Assembly (NCBI GenBank): GCA_963810935.1
Contig: CAWEPK010000008.1
Span: 544,001 to 608,000, forward strand
Source: an uncultured delta proteobacterium
GTDB taxonomy: Bacteria; Desulfobacterota; Syntrophorhabdia; Syntrophorhabdales; WCHB1-27
Reading direction: 5' to 3'
Length of the DNA: 64,000 nt
Every line of letters begins with the position of its first letter. Positions within the stretch are counted from its first letter, which is position 1. A program made the translations under genes and the position numbers. The notes below the pieces were generated by a model. It saw only the letters and a list, made by a program, of their open reading frames with translations, was not told the DNA's origin and did no database searches. Below are positions 34,535-44,637 of the stretch, piece after piece.

Positions 34535-34640
34535 ATCAAACCGGCCCGGCCGTCTAACTGGTGGGTACCTTCGAAAACGCGTCTCCGAGACCCGTTGGCT
34601 TCCCGTCCGCCCTCGCGGACGGTTTAGTTTTGGCTGATGG
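34535..34640 (-). ncRNA. GEMM-I (c-di-GMP-I / c-AMP-GMP class) riboswitch, variant pocket
   Basis: Minus strand CAAAACUAAACC-GUCC-GCGA-GGGC-GGACGGGAAGCCAACGGGUCU...AGACGGCCGGGCCG; P1 AUCAG/UU(U)GAU; located in the 5' leader. Confidence 0.8.
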
Positions 34641-34644
34641 ATGA

Positions 34645-34674
34645 AGTGTAAAACAATGCATAAAATATTGTCAA
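34645..34674 (-). promoter_or_regulatory. Sigma70 promoter directly upstream of the riboswitch
   Basis: Minus strand TTGACA-N18-TACACT. Confidence 0.65.
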
Positions 34675-34884
34675 GAGAAAAAAGGGGCGGCGTATTTCGA
34701 TCCGTGGCTCACGCTTCTATCTACCTGAAGCATCAAGGCTTTACGCAAACTGAACTGATGAAACCGATAGTTCTGCGTGGGGGTGCCCGGACTTCATACG
34801 ATAATGCGTGAAATGCCTGCCATCGTCGCTGACATGGTTCCGTCATACACATCCCGGACCCGGTTTATGGCATAATAGATACCC

Positions 34885-35823
34885 ATGGAACCGTCCATCA
34901 TAGATGTCAGGGACCTCGTAAAAAGATACGGGGACAAAACCGTCGTCGGGGGCATCACCTTTTCGGTGACCGAAGGTGAGATATTCGGCCTCCTGGGCCC
35001 CAACGGCGCAGGGAAGTCGACTACGATCTCGATCCTATCCACGCTCATCCTGTTCGACGGAGGGGACGTTTTCGTCGCCGGCCTCGACCTCAGAAGCAGT
35101 AAGGCGGCCATTAAGCCCCTTATCGGCCTCGTCCCCCAGGACCTGGCAATATATCCTTCGCTGAGCGCCAGGGACAACCTGACATTCATAGGCAGGATAT
35201 ACGGTCTCTCGGGCGCCGCTCTTGCCGGCCGGGTAGACGAAGTGCTCGACCTAGTGCAGCTTACGGACCGGGCCGGCGATCCCGCCGGCAGCTTCTCCGG
35301 GGGCATGAAGCGGAGGCTCAACATAGGGGCCGGGCTCATGCATAAGCCCCGCGTTCTTTTCCTCGACGAGCCGACGGTCGGGGTCGATCCGCAGTCCCGC
35401 AACTTTATCTTCGACCATATAGAAAGGCTGAACGAAGAAGGCATGACTATCATTTACACAACGCACTATATGGAAGAGGCGGAGCGCCTCTGCGACAGAG
35501 TTGCCATCATGGACAGCGGCAGGATACTTGCCGTCGATACCGTACGGGGTCTAATCGGCCTGGCAAAGGGCGGCGTTATCTTTCTCGGCGTCCCTCCGGA
35601 ATCGACGGAGACAGTGGGAGCATCCTTAAGCTCTTCGGACATTCCCTCAACCTTAGCGGCCGACGGGCTGCTAAAGATAGAGGCGCATAGCGTGGACGAG
35701 AGCCTTCCCAGGGTGATAGCCGTTTGCAAGGAGCGGAATATACCGATCCTCTCCCTCGAGCTTCATAAGCCGAGTCTGGAGACGGTCTTCCTACACCTGA
35801 CAGGAAGGAGGCTCCGCGATTGA
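34885..35823 (+). CDS. ABC exporter ATP-binding subunit (DrrA-like)
   Basis: GPNGAGKST, FSGGMKRR, LDEPTVGVDP, TTHYMEEAE. Confidence 0.95.
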   Translation: MEPSIIDVRDLVKRYGDKTVVGGITFSVTEGEIFGLLGPNGAGKSTTISILSTLILFDGGDVFVAGLDLRSSKAAIKPLIGLVPQDLAIYPSLSARDNLTFIGRIYGLSGAALAGRVDEVLDLVQLTDRAGDPAGSFSGGMKRRLNIGAGLMHKPRVLFLDEPTVGVDPQSRNFIFDHIERLNEEGMTIIYTTHYMEEAERLCDRVAIMDSGRILAVDTVRGLIGLAKGGVIFLGVPPESTETVGASLSSSDIPSTLAADGLLKIEAHSVDESLPRVIAVCKERNIPILSLELHKPSLETVFLHLTGRRLRD

Positions 35824-37076
35824 AGGCCGTGATGAACCAGCTCTTCGCCCTCACGTGGAAAGACCTGAAATTGTTCTTCAAGGACCCGAAGGCCATGGTC
35901 CTCATATTCCTTCAGCCCTTCCTCTTCATCGTCATCATGAGCTACGCGCTTGCCGGTGTCTTCGGCTCCGGAAAGCCCATCACGATACTGGCAGTAAACG
36001 AAGACAGAGGGAAAGATGCCGCATCGGTAATAAATGGCCTGTCCGGCCTCTCGGGAATAACTGTCGAGACGGCCTGGAAGGGCGCGCCGGTTACGGGGAA
36101 AACAGCGGAAGAGCTTATCACCGGAGGGAAGAGGGCCCTTGCGGTCATATTTCCTCCTGATTTTTCTTCTGTCCTCGAGAGCGTTCCCGCGGGGCCGGGG
36201 AGGCCGTCGACGAAGGTGTTACTAATGGTGGACCCGGCTACACCGGCATCGGTGACCGGACCCGTGCTCGGAGCCATCCAGGGGATGACCGAGCGGACGG
36301 CCTTCACGGCAAGGATGCCGGGCGGCATAGATTATCTCTTCGATCACTATAATATGACCGGAGCCGGCATCAGCCGGGAAGAACTAAAGCGAAGGGCCGG
36401 GGACTCCATCTCCCGCAGCGGCGGCGACAAAGTGGTCACCGTGGAGAAGGTGACGCCGAAAGCCATGAAAATGGAGAGGTTCCCTGATTCATTCCAGCAG
36501 AACGTACCGGGGTACACGATCTACGGCGTTTTCTGGATCGCGAGTCTCCTTGCCGCCTCCGTGCTCAGGGAAAAGCGCGAGGGTACCCTAACGAGGCTCG
36601 TGGCGGCGCCCGTAAGCAGGTCCGTCGTGCTTGCGGGAAAACTCATCCCTTATTATCTGATAAACGTCCTCCAGATCGCCATCATGTTTGGCGCGTCGAC
36701 GCTTCTCTTCAAAATCTCCTTCGGCCGCTCGGCCTCCGGCCTTATACTGACGAGCCTCACTCTCGCAGCCTGCGCCACCTCGCTCGGCATCATGATTGCG
36801 GCCTTCGCCAGGACGGAGGCACAGGCAAGCAGCCTGACCGTCCTGCTCCTCCTTATTCTCTCCGCCCTCGGCGGCTGCTTCGTCCCACGCTTCCTCATGC
36901 CCCCGGCATTGAAGGCTATAGGCTTGATAACACCTCACGCCTGGGCGCTCGACGCTTATCAGGACCTCATTGTAAGGGGGTATGGCTTCGTCGACGTGGT
37001 CCCCAAGATTGGGGTGTTGGCGGGCTTCGCGATCCTCTTCTTTATCATCGGCATCCGGCGCTTCCGTTTCGAGTAA
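35820..37076 (+). CDS. ABC-2 type permease
   Basis: KDLKLFFKD, large extracytoplasmic loop, REKREGTLTRL, LGGCFVP, TPHAWA. Confidence 0.93.
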   Translation: MKAVMNQLFALTWKDLKLFFKDPKAMVLIFLQPFLFIVIMSYALAGVFGSGKPITILAVNEDRGKDAASVINGLSGLSGITVETAWKGAPVTGKTAEELITGGKRALAVIFPPDFSSVLESVPAGPGRPSTKVLLMVDPATPASVTGPVLGAIQGMTERTAFTARMPGGIDYLFDHYNMTGAGISREELKRRAGDSISRSGGDKVVTVEKVTPKAMKMERFPDSFQQNVPGYTIYGVFWIASLLAASVLREKREGTLTRLVAAPVSRSVVLAGKLIPYYLINVLQIAIMFGASTLLFKISFGRSASGLILTSLTLAACATSLGIMIAAFARTEAQASSLTVLLLLILSALGGCFVPRFLMPPALKAIGLITPHAWALDAYQDLIVRGYGFVDVVPKIGVLAGFAILFFIIGIRRFRFE

Positions 37077-37134
37077 AGCACGCGCTGCAACATCGCACCC
37101 GGCAATCGTCAGAATACCTGACCGCCGTCTTTGT

Positions 37135-39084
37135 TCATGTGGCGAGGGATTGCCTTTGCTTCTCGCCGCGCCTTTTCGCTATCTGCATGACGACTACTGC
37201 TCCGAGGATTACACAACCGATGATATCCTGCATCGATCCGGCATAAAACAGCAGCAGGCCGGCGATGCCCAGGGCAATCCGTCCGATTGCGCCGATTTCG
37301 CTAATCAGGTAACCACCCACGCAGCCGGAAAGCGCCCAGACACCCGCAAGGGCCGTCAGGGTGACGACAATTATATTGAGGACGGGGCCTTGAAGCAGAA
37401 GGCCGACGCCATCCGGTGAAGACGCGAACATGAAGGGGACGATGAAGGCAGGCAGCGTATACTTCCAGGCAAGCATCGTCGTCTTGAACGGGTTGCCGCC
37501 TGTAATGGCCGCAGCCGCGAACGGCGAAAGGGCCGTCGGCGGCGACACCTCGGAGAGGACCGCATAATAGAAAATGAACATGTGGGCAGCCGCCTCGGGC
37601 ACGCCGAGCTTTACCAGGGCGGGCGCCGTCATCACTGCGGCAATGATGTATGATGCCGTGATAGGAAGGGCCAGTCCAAGGACAAGAAGGATCAAGGCGG
37701 TGAAGATCAGCGTCATATAGAGGCTGCCGCCTGCTATATCGACGATGATGCCCGAGAACTTGAGTCCTATACCCGTGAGGTTAATGACGCCGACGATGAT
37801 GCCCGCGCATGCGCAGGTAGCCGCAACGCCCAGGACCTGCTTCGTCCCTGCAGCCAGAGCTTCGATCAGCTTACGGGGAAAAAGCGCCGAAACCCTGTTG
37901 AGGAAGCTCGTCGCAATGGCGATCAGGATGCTGTAAAAGACCGCCGTGATCCCGGTGAACCCCAAGGCCATGAATATGACGATAGTGACCAGGGAGGCAA
38001 AGTGAAACCAGTACTGCCTGGTAAGCGCCACGACATCTATCTTTCCCAGGCTCACATGCTTTAGCCCGAAGCGGTGCGAGTCGCCCTGCACCATGAAAAG
38101 GATGGAGGCATAATAGAGGATCGTCGGCACGGACGCCATTATCAGGACCTGGAGGTAGGATATCCTCAATATCTCGGCGATGAGGAACGAGGCCGCGCCG
38201 AGGACCGGCGGCGAGAGTATGGCCCCTATGCCGCCCGCAGCCAGAAGACCCCCGGCCGAGTCCTTGTCGTACCCTGAACGCTTGAGGAGCGGCCAGGCGA
38301 CGGACCCCAGGGTAACGGTAGTGGCAGCCCCGCTGCCCGACACCGTCCCCAGAAGGAACGACGCGAGAGTCACCGCACGGCCCGCCCCCGCACGGCTTTT
38401 ACCCATGCAGCCGAGCGCAAAATCGACGAAGAACTGGCCCGCCCCGGATAGCTCCAGAATGGCCCCGAAAATCGTAAAGAGTATGATAAAAGTCGAAGAG
38501 ACCTCCACCGGCGTGCCGAACAGCCCGTTCAAGGTCATGTACTCAAGGGCCACCATGCGGGTGATCGTATAGCCGCGGTGTCCCCAGGGCTCCGGCAGGA
38601 TACCGCCCCAGTAGGCGTATGCTATGCAGACCAGGACGACGATCGGGAGCGCTATGCCTGTCGCCCTGCGGGTCGCCTCAAGGACAAGGATGCAGGCGAG
38701 CACGCCGAGCGCTACGTCCATCGGCAGGGGGTTCGGGACGCGGTACATGAATGCTTCGAGGTCGAGGAACGGGTAAGCAAACGCTACGAAGACTAAAATG
38801 GCAAGGAAGATATCGACTGCAAGGGCGCGCTGTTTGAGTCCGCGGGAAGGCGGGTAGTAAAGGAAAGTGAGCATCAGGATCAGCATGACGTGCACGTACC
38901 GCACGACCTGCGTGATCATGGAGGCGAATGCACCGTAAAGGGCAAAGAGGGAGCAGAAAACGGCCAGGGCTGTCGCTATGTACCACATCGGCCCCGTGAA
39001 CTTCCGGGTCGGGGCCTCGAACTCCTCAAGTATCTCCTCGGCCTTTTCGGCCGATATGGTCTCCAGCCTGTCCTGCTCCTCCAC
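37135..39084 (-). CDS. TAXI-TRAP fused 4TM/12TM permease
   Basis: LEATRR, GLFGTP, SGSGAA, PPVLGAASF, GLALPIT, SEVSPP. Confidence 0.93.
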   Translation of the reverse strand: MEEQDRLETISAEKAEEILEEFEAPTRKFTGPMWYIATALAVFCSLFALYGAFASMITQVVRYVHVMLILMLTFLYYPPSRGLKQRALAVDIFLAILVFVAFAYPFLDLEAFMYRVPNPLPMDVALGVLACILVLEATRRATGIALPIVVLVCIAYAYWGGILPEPWGHRGYTITRMVALEYMTLNGLFGTPVEVSSTFIILFTIFGAILELSGAGQFFVDFALGCMGKSRAGAGRAVTLASFLLGTVSGSGAATTVTLGSVAWPLLKRSGYDKDSAGGLLAAGGIGAILSPPVLGAASFLIAEILRISYLQVLIMASVPTILYYASILFMVQGDSHRFGLKHVSLGKIDVVALTRQYWFHFASLVTIVIFMALGFTGITAVFYSILIAIATSFLNRVSALFPRKLIEALAAGTKQVLGVAATCACAGIIVGVINLTGIGLKFSGIIVDIAGGSLYMTLIFTALILLVLGLALPITASYIIAAVMTAPALVKLGVPEAAAHMFIFYYAVLSEVSPPTALSPFAAAAITGGNPFKTTMLAWKYTLPAFIVPFMFASSPDGVGLLLQGPVLNIIVVTLTALAGVWALSGCVGGYLISEIGAIGRIALGIAGLLLFYAGSMQDIIGCVILGAVVVMQIAKRRGEKQRQSLAT

Positions 39085-39132
39085 CGCACTTCCTCCCTGA
39101 ATTACCGTAAAACCGGTCTTGCCGTCACTTCG

Positions 39133-40116
39133 CTACTTCCAGGCGCCGTGCTCCTTGTAGTATTTGATCGCGCCCGGATGGAAAGGTATCTCGGCGAGGT
39201 TGGTCGCGGCCTTGAGGTTCAGCTTCATCGCCTCTTTATGGACTGCGACCAGGTCCGCCTTCTTCTCGAAAAGGCTTTTCGTTATTGCATAGACCAGCTT
39301 TTCATCCATCTTATCCATCGTTACGAATATAACGGGCACGGAGATCGTCTTTACATCCGCGTCCTGCCCCCTGTACGTACCCTTCGGTATTACCGCATCG
39401 TAATAGATGCGTCCGTGCTTCTTTACGATGGCAGGGAGATAGGACTGGACGTCCATCAGCTTGTAGCTCAGGCCCGGCGTTGCGCCGAGGTCGAGCATGG
39501 AAGCCGCAGGCAAGCCCGTAGCGAAGAAGAAGCCGTCTATCTTTCTATCTTTGAAAGCGTTTGCAGACTCGCTCAGGCTTATGCGCTCCCGCTTGAAGTC
39601 CTTGACAGGGTTGATGCCGGCTGCCTCCAGGAGCTTTCCGGCGACCATCTCGTGGCCGCTGCCCGGCGCGCTCGTCGAGATGCGTTTCCCCTTCATATCC
39701 TCAAGCTTGTTGATCCCCGGCACCACGACCACGTGGGCGATATCCGGATAGAGGACCGCTATGGCCCGCACGTTCACCTTGCCCGTGCTCGCGTAATATC
39801 CCACCCCTTTAATCGCTTCCGATGCGGCGTCGCTCTTCGTGAACGCGAAATCGAGGGAGTTGTTCTGCAGCATCTTAATGTTATCGACGGCCCCCGGCGT
39901 GACCTCGGCCGTTGCCTGAGTACCCGGGACATTTGCCGACATCACCTTGGCGATGGCGCCACCGTAGATGTAATAAACACCGCCGACGTCTGCGGTCCCT
40001 ATCGATACCCTCCGGACCTGGGCCTCCGAGGAGGCGCAGGTCATAAGGATGGCCGCGAGGGCAACCAACGTGGCGACGACCGCTGTAATCCCGCACCTGC
40101 TCGTTGTTCTTCTCAT
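39133..40116 (-). CDS. TAXI family TRAP substrate-binding protein
   Basis: Signal peptide, IGTADVGGVYY, TPGAVDN, APGSG, IPFHPGAIKYY. Confidence 0.94.
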   Translation of the reverse strand: MRRTTSRCGITAVVATLVALAAILMTCASSEAQVRRVSIGTADVGGVYYIYGGAIAKVMSANVPGTQATAEVTPGAVDNIKMLQNNSLDFAFTKSDAASEAIKGVGYYASTGKVNVRAIAVLYPDIAHVVVVPGINKLEDMKGKRISTSAPGSGHEMVAGKLLEAAGINPVKDFKRERISLSESANAFKDRKIDGFFFATGLPAASMLDLGATPGLSYKLMDVQSYLPAIVKKHGRIYYDAVIPKGTYRGQDADVKTISVPVIFVTMDKMDEKLVYAITKSLFEKKADLVAVHKEAMKLNLKAATNLAEIPFHPGAIKYYKEHGAWK

Positions 40117-40140
40117 ACTACGTACCTCCTCGATAAATGG

Positions 40141-41782
40141 TTATCCACGCGCGTTCTGCACTATCTCGACGCCGGGCGAGCCGTCCGGCCGCCGTGAAAC
40201 GACGATCCTTTTTTTCCAGTCCGGGTCTGTTGCCGGAAAATCCTCCCGGTGGTGCGTTCCCCTGCTCTCTTCGCGCGCCAATGCGGCACTCGCAATGAGC
40301 GAGCCCGTAACGAGCCGGCTCTGAAGGACAGCGCTGCCGCCTTTCCCGGCACTCTGGATCGCATCGAGGACTTCCTTGAGTCCCTTCGCGGACCTTATTA
40401 TAGTCATGTTCGAGTAATAAAGGGCGGCCATCCGGTCCATCAGCTTCTTGTCCGCATCGGAAAGCGGCGTGATGCCGGGGTCCGCGAGCCGGGGTTGCCT
40501 GCCCGCCTTTCCTGCTTCGGCCGCCTGTCCTGCCGCCGCGCGTCCCGCCCGGTACCCGAAGACCTGCGTATCTATAAGATTGTTTCCCCCCGGCCTGTCC
40601 GACCCGTGCACGCCCCCGGACGCCTCGCCGGCGGCGTATAAGCCCTCTACGCCGGTGAAGCCGTCCGCGTCTATCAATATGCCGCCGTTGAAGTTCTGGA
40701 CGACAAGGCCGACCTCCAACCGATGGCGGGCCAGGTCTATCCCTGCGCCGAGCAGGGCCTTGTAGGTCACGGGCGCCTTGCTCATGAGCGTTTCCCGGCC
40801 GACGTGGGTCACGTCGAACCAGACGGCCCCCGACGGAGTCCCCCTGCCCTCCATGACTTCCCTGAAGACGGCGATGTCGAGGTACTTCGCATCCGTCCTC
40901 ACGGAAAACGGGTAGGACATGGCCTTCAGGTCGAGCACCGCGTCGGGGCTGACTCCGGCCGGGCAGTAACGGGAGAGGAACTCTTCGCCCTGCGTATTCG
41001 TCAGGCGCGGACGCAGCCTCCACATATGGCTGTGGATAATGAACGTAATGGGCGTGTTGAAGACCGCCGGGCCCACCTGGAAAAACTCAAGGTTGACCAG
41101 GCGCGCTCCCGCCCTGTATGCCATCGACCATCCGTCCCCCTCGACAGTCGGGGGGTTGACGTTGTGACTGAAGATCCTGCCTGCGCCCCCGCTTGCCAGA
41201 ACGGCTGACCGGCTCTTTATGAAGAAGGTTTCACCGTCCGCGAGGCCGACTGCGCCGCAGACCCTTTTCTCATCGTCCTGCACGAGGTCGAGGACACGGC
41301 TGCCTTCCATCACACGGACGCCTCAGCTGCCCGATCCGCCCTTTAAGTGCGCGGACCATTTCCTTTCCCGTCGAGCCTCCGCAGGTCAGGGAACGCGCCT
41401 TCGTGCATCCCGATAGCTTCCGCTGCACTATGCGCCCGCCGTCTGCGTCGAACGCGACTCCCATCTCCATAAGCTCGCTTACGCGGTCGCACGCCTCGTC
41501 TGCGATTATCCTTGCCAGCGCAGGGTCGCCTAGGCCGCCGCCCGTCTCGATTATGTCGCGGTAAAAGACATCCGGGTCGTCCCCATCGCCTTCGAAGTTG
41601 AAGGGGGCGTTGATGCCGAGGCTTTCGGAGGCGATGAGGTTCGTGCTCCCGCTCGACCCGAAACCGCCCGCCACGACCAGGAGCACATCGAGGCCGGGGT
41701 ACGCCCGCTTCGCCTCGTATGCGGCCCTGCTTCCCGCAGCGCCGCCTCCTATGACAAGGACATCACAGCCAAGCTCTCTCAT
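40141..41782 (-). CDS. SdhA/FrdA/NadB-like FAD-binding oxidoreductase (one extra A near 41323)
   Basis: DVLVIGGGAAG; joins ...GRIGQL [+A] GVRVMEG...; LASGGAG, GDG..MAYRAGA, GLYAAGE, REESRGTH. Confidence 0.88.
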
Positions 41783-41808
41783 CTCCCGCGACCCCCTCGA
41801 AGATGCGT

Positions 41809-42483
41809 CTATTTTTCTTTAAGCCCCTTGGCCTCCAGGCTCTTGTTGAAACCGTAAAGCTCCAGGGTCGTTTCGCCTTTCTTCAGCTTCTCCATGATGA
41901 TCTTTTCTTTTTCCACCCTGGCCTTGCACGCCGCCAGGACCGTCGCTATCTCCTCACGGGCCACTATGACGACGCCGTCCGCGTCACCGAAAACGAGGTC
42001 GCCCGGATTCACCGTGATTCCCCCTATGAATATCGGATAGTTGATGAGGCCCAGCGAGTCCTTTGTAGTCCCTTTGATGCACAGCGACCGCGTGAACATA
42101 GGAAAGCCCATGTCGATGATGGCGCGCGAGTCGCGTACGGAGCCGTCCATAACCATCCCGGCGATGCCCCTTACCTGGGCAGCAAAGGTCATCACCTCGC
42201 CCCAGGGCCCCGCCTCCGTGTAGCTGCCTGTCGTTATCACCAGCACGTCGCCCGGTCCCGCGACGTAGATGGCCTTGTGGAACATCAGGTTGTCGCCGGG
42301 GCGGCACTTCACCGTTACCGCCGGGCCGCATAACCGGCTCGAAGGGTCGATGGGCTTGATCTCACTCGATAAGGCGCCCTTGCCGCCCGATGCCTCGTGT
42401 ATAGTAGCGCTGTCTAAATCCGCGAAGCCCTTAATCAGCTCCTGAGGCGGACGGACAATTTCATTGATTACATGAGGCTCCAT
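41809..42483 (-). CDS. RraA/LigK-family aldolase (HMG/CHA aldolase-like)
   Basis: ATIHEA, GPAVTV, GDNLMFH, WGE, DGSVRD, PGDLVFGDADGVV. Confidence 0.88.
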   Translation of the reverse strand: MEPHVINEIVRPPQELIKGFADLDSATIHEASGGKGALSSEIKPIDPSSRLCGPAVTVKCRPGDNLMFHKAIYVAGPGDVLVITTGSYTEAGPWGEVMTFAAQVRGIAGMVMDGSVRDSRAIIDMGFPMFTRSLCIKGTTKDSLGLINYPIFIGGITVNPGDLVFGDADGVVIVAREEIATVLAACKARVEKEKIIMEKLKKGETTLELYGFNKSLEAKGLKEK

Positions 42484-42495
42484 GTTACCTCCGTT

Positions 42496-43938
42496 TCATT
42501 GGGCTACCACGATGCCGAGGCGGCCTGCCGCTTCTATCGCGGCCTCCAGGCTCGGCTCCGCGTCTACGATGGCGAGGCGCCCCCCGCCCCTGTTGCGGGA
42601 ATCGACCATCGCACTCCCTTCTGCAGTCTCGATCCTGATGCGCTGGACCTCAGGCTCTTTGACCTCGACGAGCTCGATGGGTATCTTGCGGCTAAGGACG
42701 TCGGCGACGACCTTGCGGTAGCTTTCGATATCGTCTGTGGCCGATCCGTAAACTGCGCCCATCAGTATGCCTGGGACGTTGATGGCCCGGCGCGAGAAGA
42801 GGTCGGAGGTCAGCTCGATGCGGATGCGCACGGGCTCTCCGCCGGCAAGCTCGTGGCAGATGCGCCCCATGTTCGTCGGCGATCCCACCGCCATGCTGCT
42901 GCCGCCGAAGACCACGTCGCCCAGCGAGTGCCTGATGGAAGGCGACTGGGCCGCGAGGCTGCGCACCTCCTCCCTCGCTTGCCGGAGCACCTCCTCTTTC
43001 TCGGCCGCCTCCTTCGCCAGCACTTCAGGGCTGACGAACTTTTCCACGTTCTCGTCGCGCTCGAAAAATGGGCGCAGGTACCGGATATTGATCGGTGTGA
43101 TTACAGGCGCCGCCTCTCTGTGTATCCTGGCAGCCATCGCCACCATCGCGTCCACGTCGACCGGCATGGGCAGGGATGTCTTCAGCACGAGGTTTGCCGC
43201 CTGGTTGCCTATAAGGATCGCAGCGCTTATATGGAGCGCGCAGAGCCCCGGCACCATCACGCGGGGCGTGCAGGGGACTGCAATCGTGGGCGATAGGGCA
43301 AGCACCAATGCCTTGCCGACCTGGGTGGGGCTCCCGCCCCTAAGCTCCGTGAGGACGGCGGCCGTTACCGCGGCGCCCGCTCCGATGCCTTCCATATTGC
43401 AGCCCGTCGTTGCCTTGCCCGCGCGGAAAATGCCACCGATCTTCAGCATGAGGGCGGTCGCGTGGGCGATCTGCCCGGCCGGGTAAGGTTTTTCTTTGAG
43501 TGCCCTCAAGAGGCCCGTATAAGGGCACGAATCGCCCGTGCCTGCGCAGGGCCGCAGTCCTATTTCATGGTTTCCCACCTCTGTCGCAAGGGTATAGGTT
43601 AGGGCCCGGTTGATGAAATCGTCCTCGATCTGGGCGGGACCGTTCTTATTCTCCCGGTTCAGGTCGGACGCAACGCTGCCCAAAAGGAAGCTCTTGCCTT
43701 CGGTGAGGCCAAGCTCGCACGCGCTTAAGTTGTGGCGGAAGGCCCCGGTCACCTCCGCGAGAAGCTCCTCGTAGCCCATCTTCTCCTGCGCCATCGCCTG
43801 GGCGACGACCAACGCAGAAAGCGGAGCGCCCTGCCTTTCAGCCATCTCGATCAGCTCCGTGAGCGTGTAAGGCTTGGCCGGGTCAGCGGCAAAGCCGCCG
43901 ACGAGCCTTTCCGTAATCTCTTTGAGTGTATCTGTCAT
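42496..43938 (-). CDS. Fe-S L-serine-dehydratase-like protein, alpha-then-beta fusion
   Basis: PCAGTG, GCNMEG, PCTP..GLC (alpha-type Cys motifs); C-terminal VFGGSSMA resembles beta-subunit MIGPSSSH. Confidence 0.7.
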   Translation of the reverse strand: MTDTLKEITERLVGGFAADPAKPYTLTELIEMAERQGAPLSALVVAQAMAQEKMGYEELLAEVTGAFRHNLSACELGLTEGKSFLLGSVASDLNRENKNGPAQIEDDFINRALTYTLATEVGNHEIGLRPCAGTGDSCPYTGLLRALKEKPYPAGQIAHATALMLKIGGIFRAGKATTGCNMEGIGAGAAVTAAVLTELRGGSPTQVGKALVLALSPTIAVPCTPRVMVPGLCALHISAAILIGNQAANLVLKTSLPMPVDVDAMVAMAARIHREAAPVITPINIRYLRPFFERDENVEKFVSPEVLAKEAAEKEEVLRQAREEVRSLAAQSPSIRHSLGDVVFGGSSMAVGSPTNMGRICHELAGGEPVRIRIELTSDLFSRRAINVPGILMGAVYGSATDDIESYRKVVADVLSRKIPIELVEVKEPEVQRIRIETAEGSAMVDSRNRGGGRLAIVDAEPSLEAAIEAAGRLGIVVAQ

Positions 43939-43962
43939 TCGAGCCTCAAGCGGAACACCCGC

Positions 43963-44628
43963 CTACCTCTTCGACTGCAAGGAGTGGTATCCGAATTTCT
44001 GTCTAGCCTCTTTAAGCGAGAGCCCGCCCCTGACCGCTTTCTCGATCCTGTTTTCCGCCTTCTCGATATCGAGGGCGAGCTTCAGGACCTCCTCGGCCCT
44101 CTCGTGGGGGACGACCACCACCCCCGTGTCGTCGCCCACCATTATATCGCCCGGCTTTACCTGGGTCTTTCCTATCGAGACGGTCACGTTCATCGCCTCG
44201 ACCATCACCCGGTCCTTGCCGGTCATCATGAACCTCCCACGTGTGAATATGGGGTACTTCTCTTTTATTATGTACGGCACGTCGCGGCAGACGCCGTCGA
44301 TGACCGTCCCGGCGATCCCTTTTTGCTTCGCCACCATCGTAAGGATATCGCCCCAGACCGTGCAATCCGTCCGTCCGTAATTGTCCAGGACGATGACGTC
44401 TCCCGGCTCGACTATGTCTATATAATCGCCGACTGTCCCCTTGACCTGCCCGATAGGCACGTACCGTATGGTGAAGGCGGGGCCTGCCATCTTCGCTCCC
44501 TGCACTACGGGCAGTATCCCTTCGCAGCCGCCCCTGAGACCGAACGCGTCGAGGGCATCCGAGATGGCGGCGGTGGGAAGGGAGACGAAACCTTTTACGA
44601 TTTTTTTGGCCGGCCGTGGAATCTCCAT
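43963..44628 (-). CDS. RraA family protein (aldolase-like)
   Basis: ISDALD, GPAFT, WGDIL, DGVCRD, PGDIMVGDDTGVV. Confidence 0.88.
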   Translation of the reverse strand: MEIPRPAKKIVKGFVSLPTAAISDALDAFGLRGGCEGILPVVQGAKMAGPAFTIRYVPIGQVKGTVGDYIDIVEPGDVIVLDNYGRTDCTVWGDILTMVAKQKGIAGTVIDGVCRDVPYIIKEKYPIFTRGRFMMTGKDRVMVEAMNVTVSIGKTQVKPGDIMVGDDTGVVVVPHERAEEVLKLALDIEKAENRIEKAVRGGLSLKEARQKFGYHSLQSKR

Positions 44629-44637
44629 CTGCTCCTC

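Noticed and set aside
34750..34790. CTGATGA as a hammerhead ribozyme core
   Set aside because: No stem II followed by GAAA and no stem III pairing
40141..41782. Calling the flavoprotein nadB or sdhA and the Fe-S protein sdaA
   Set aside because: Key substrate residues and partner genes are missing, so no gene symbols were assigned
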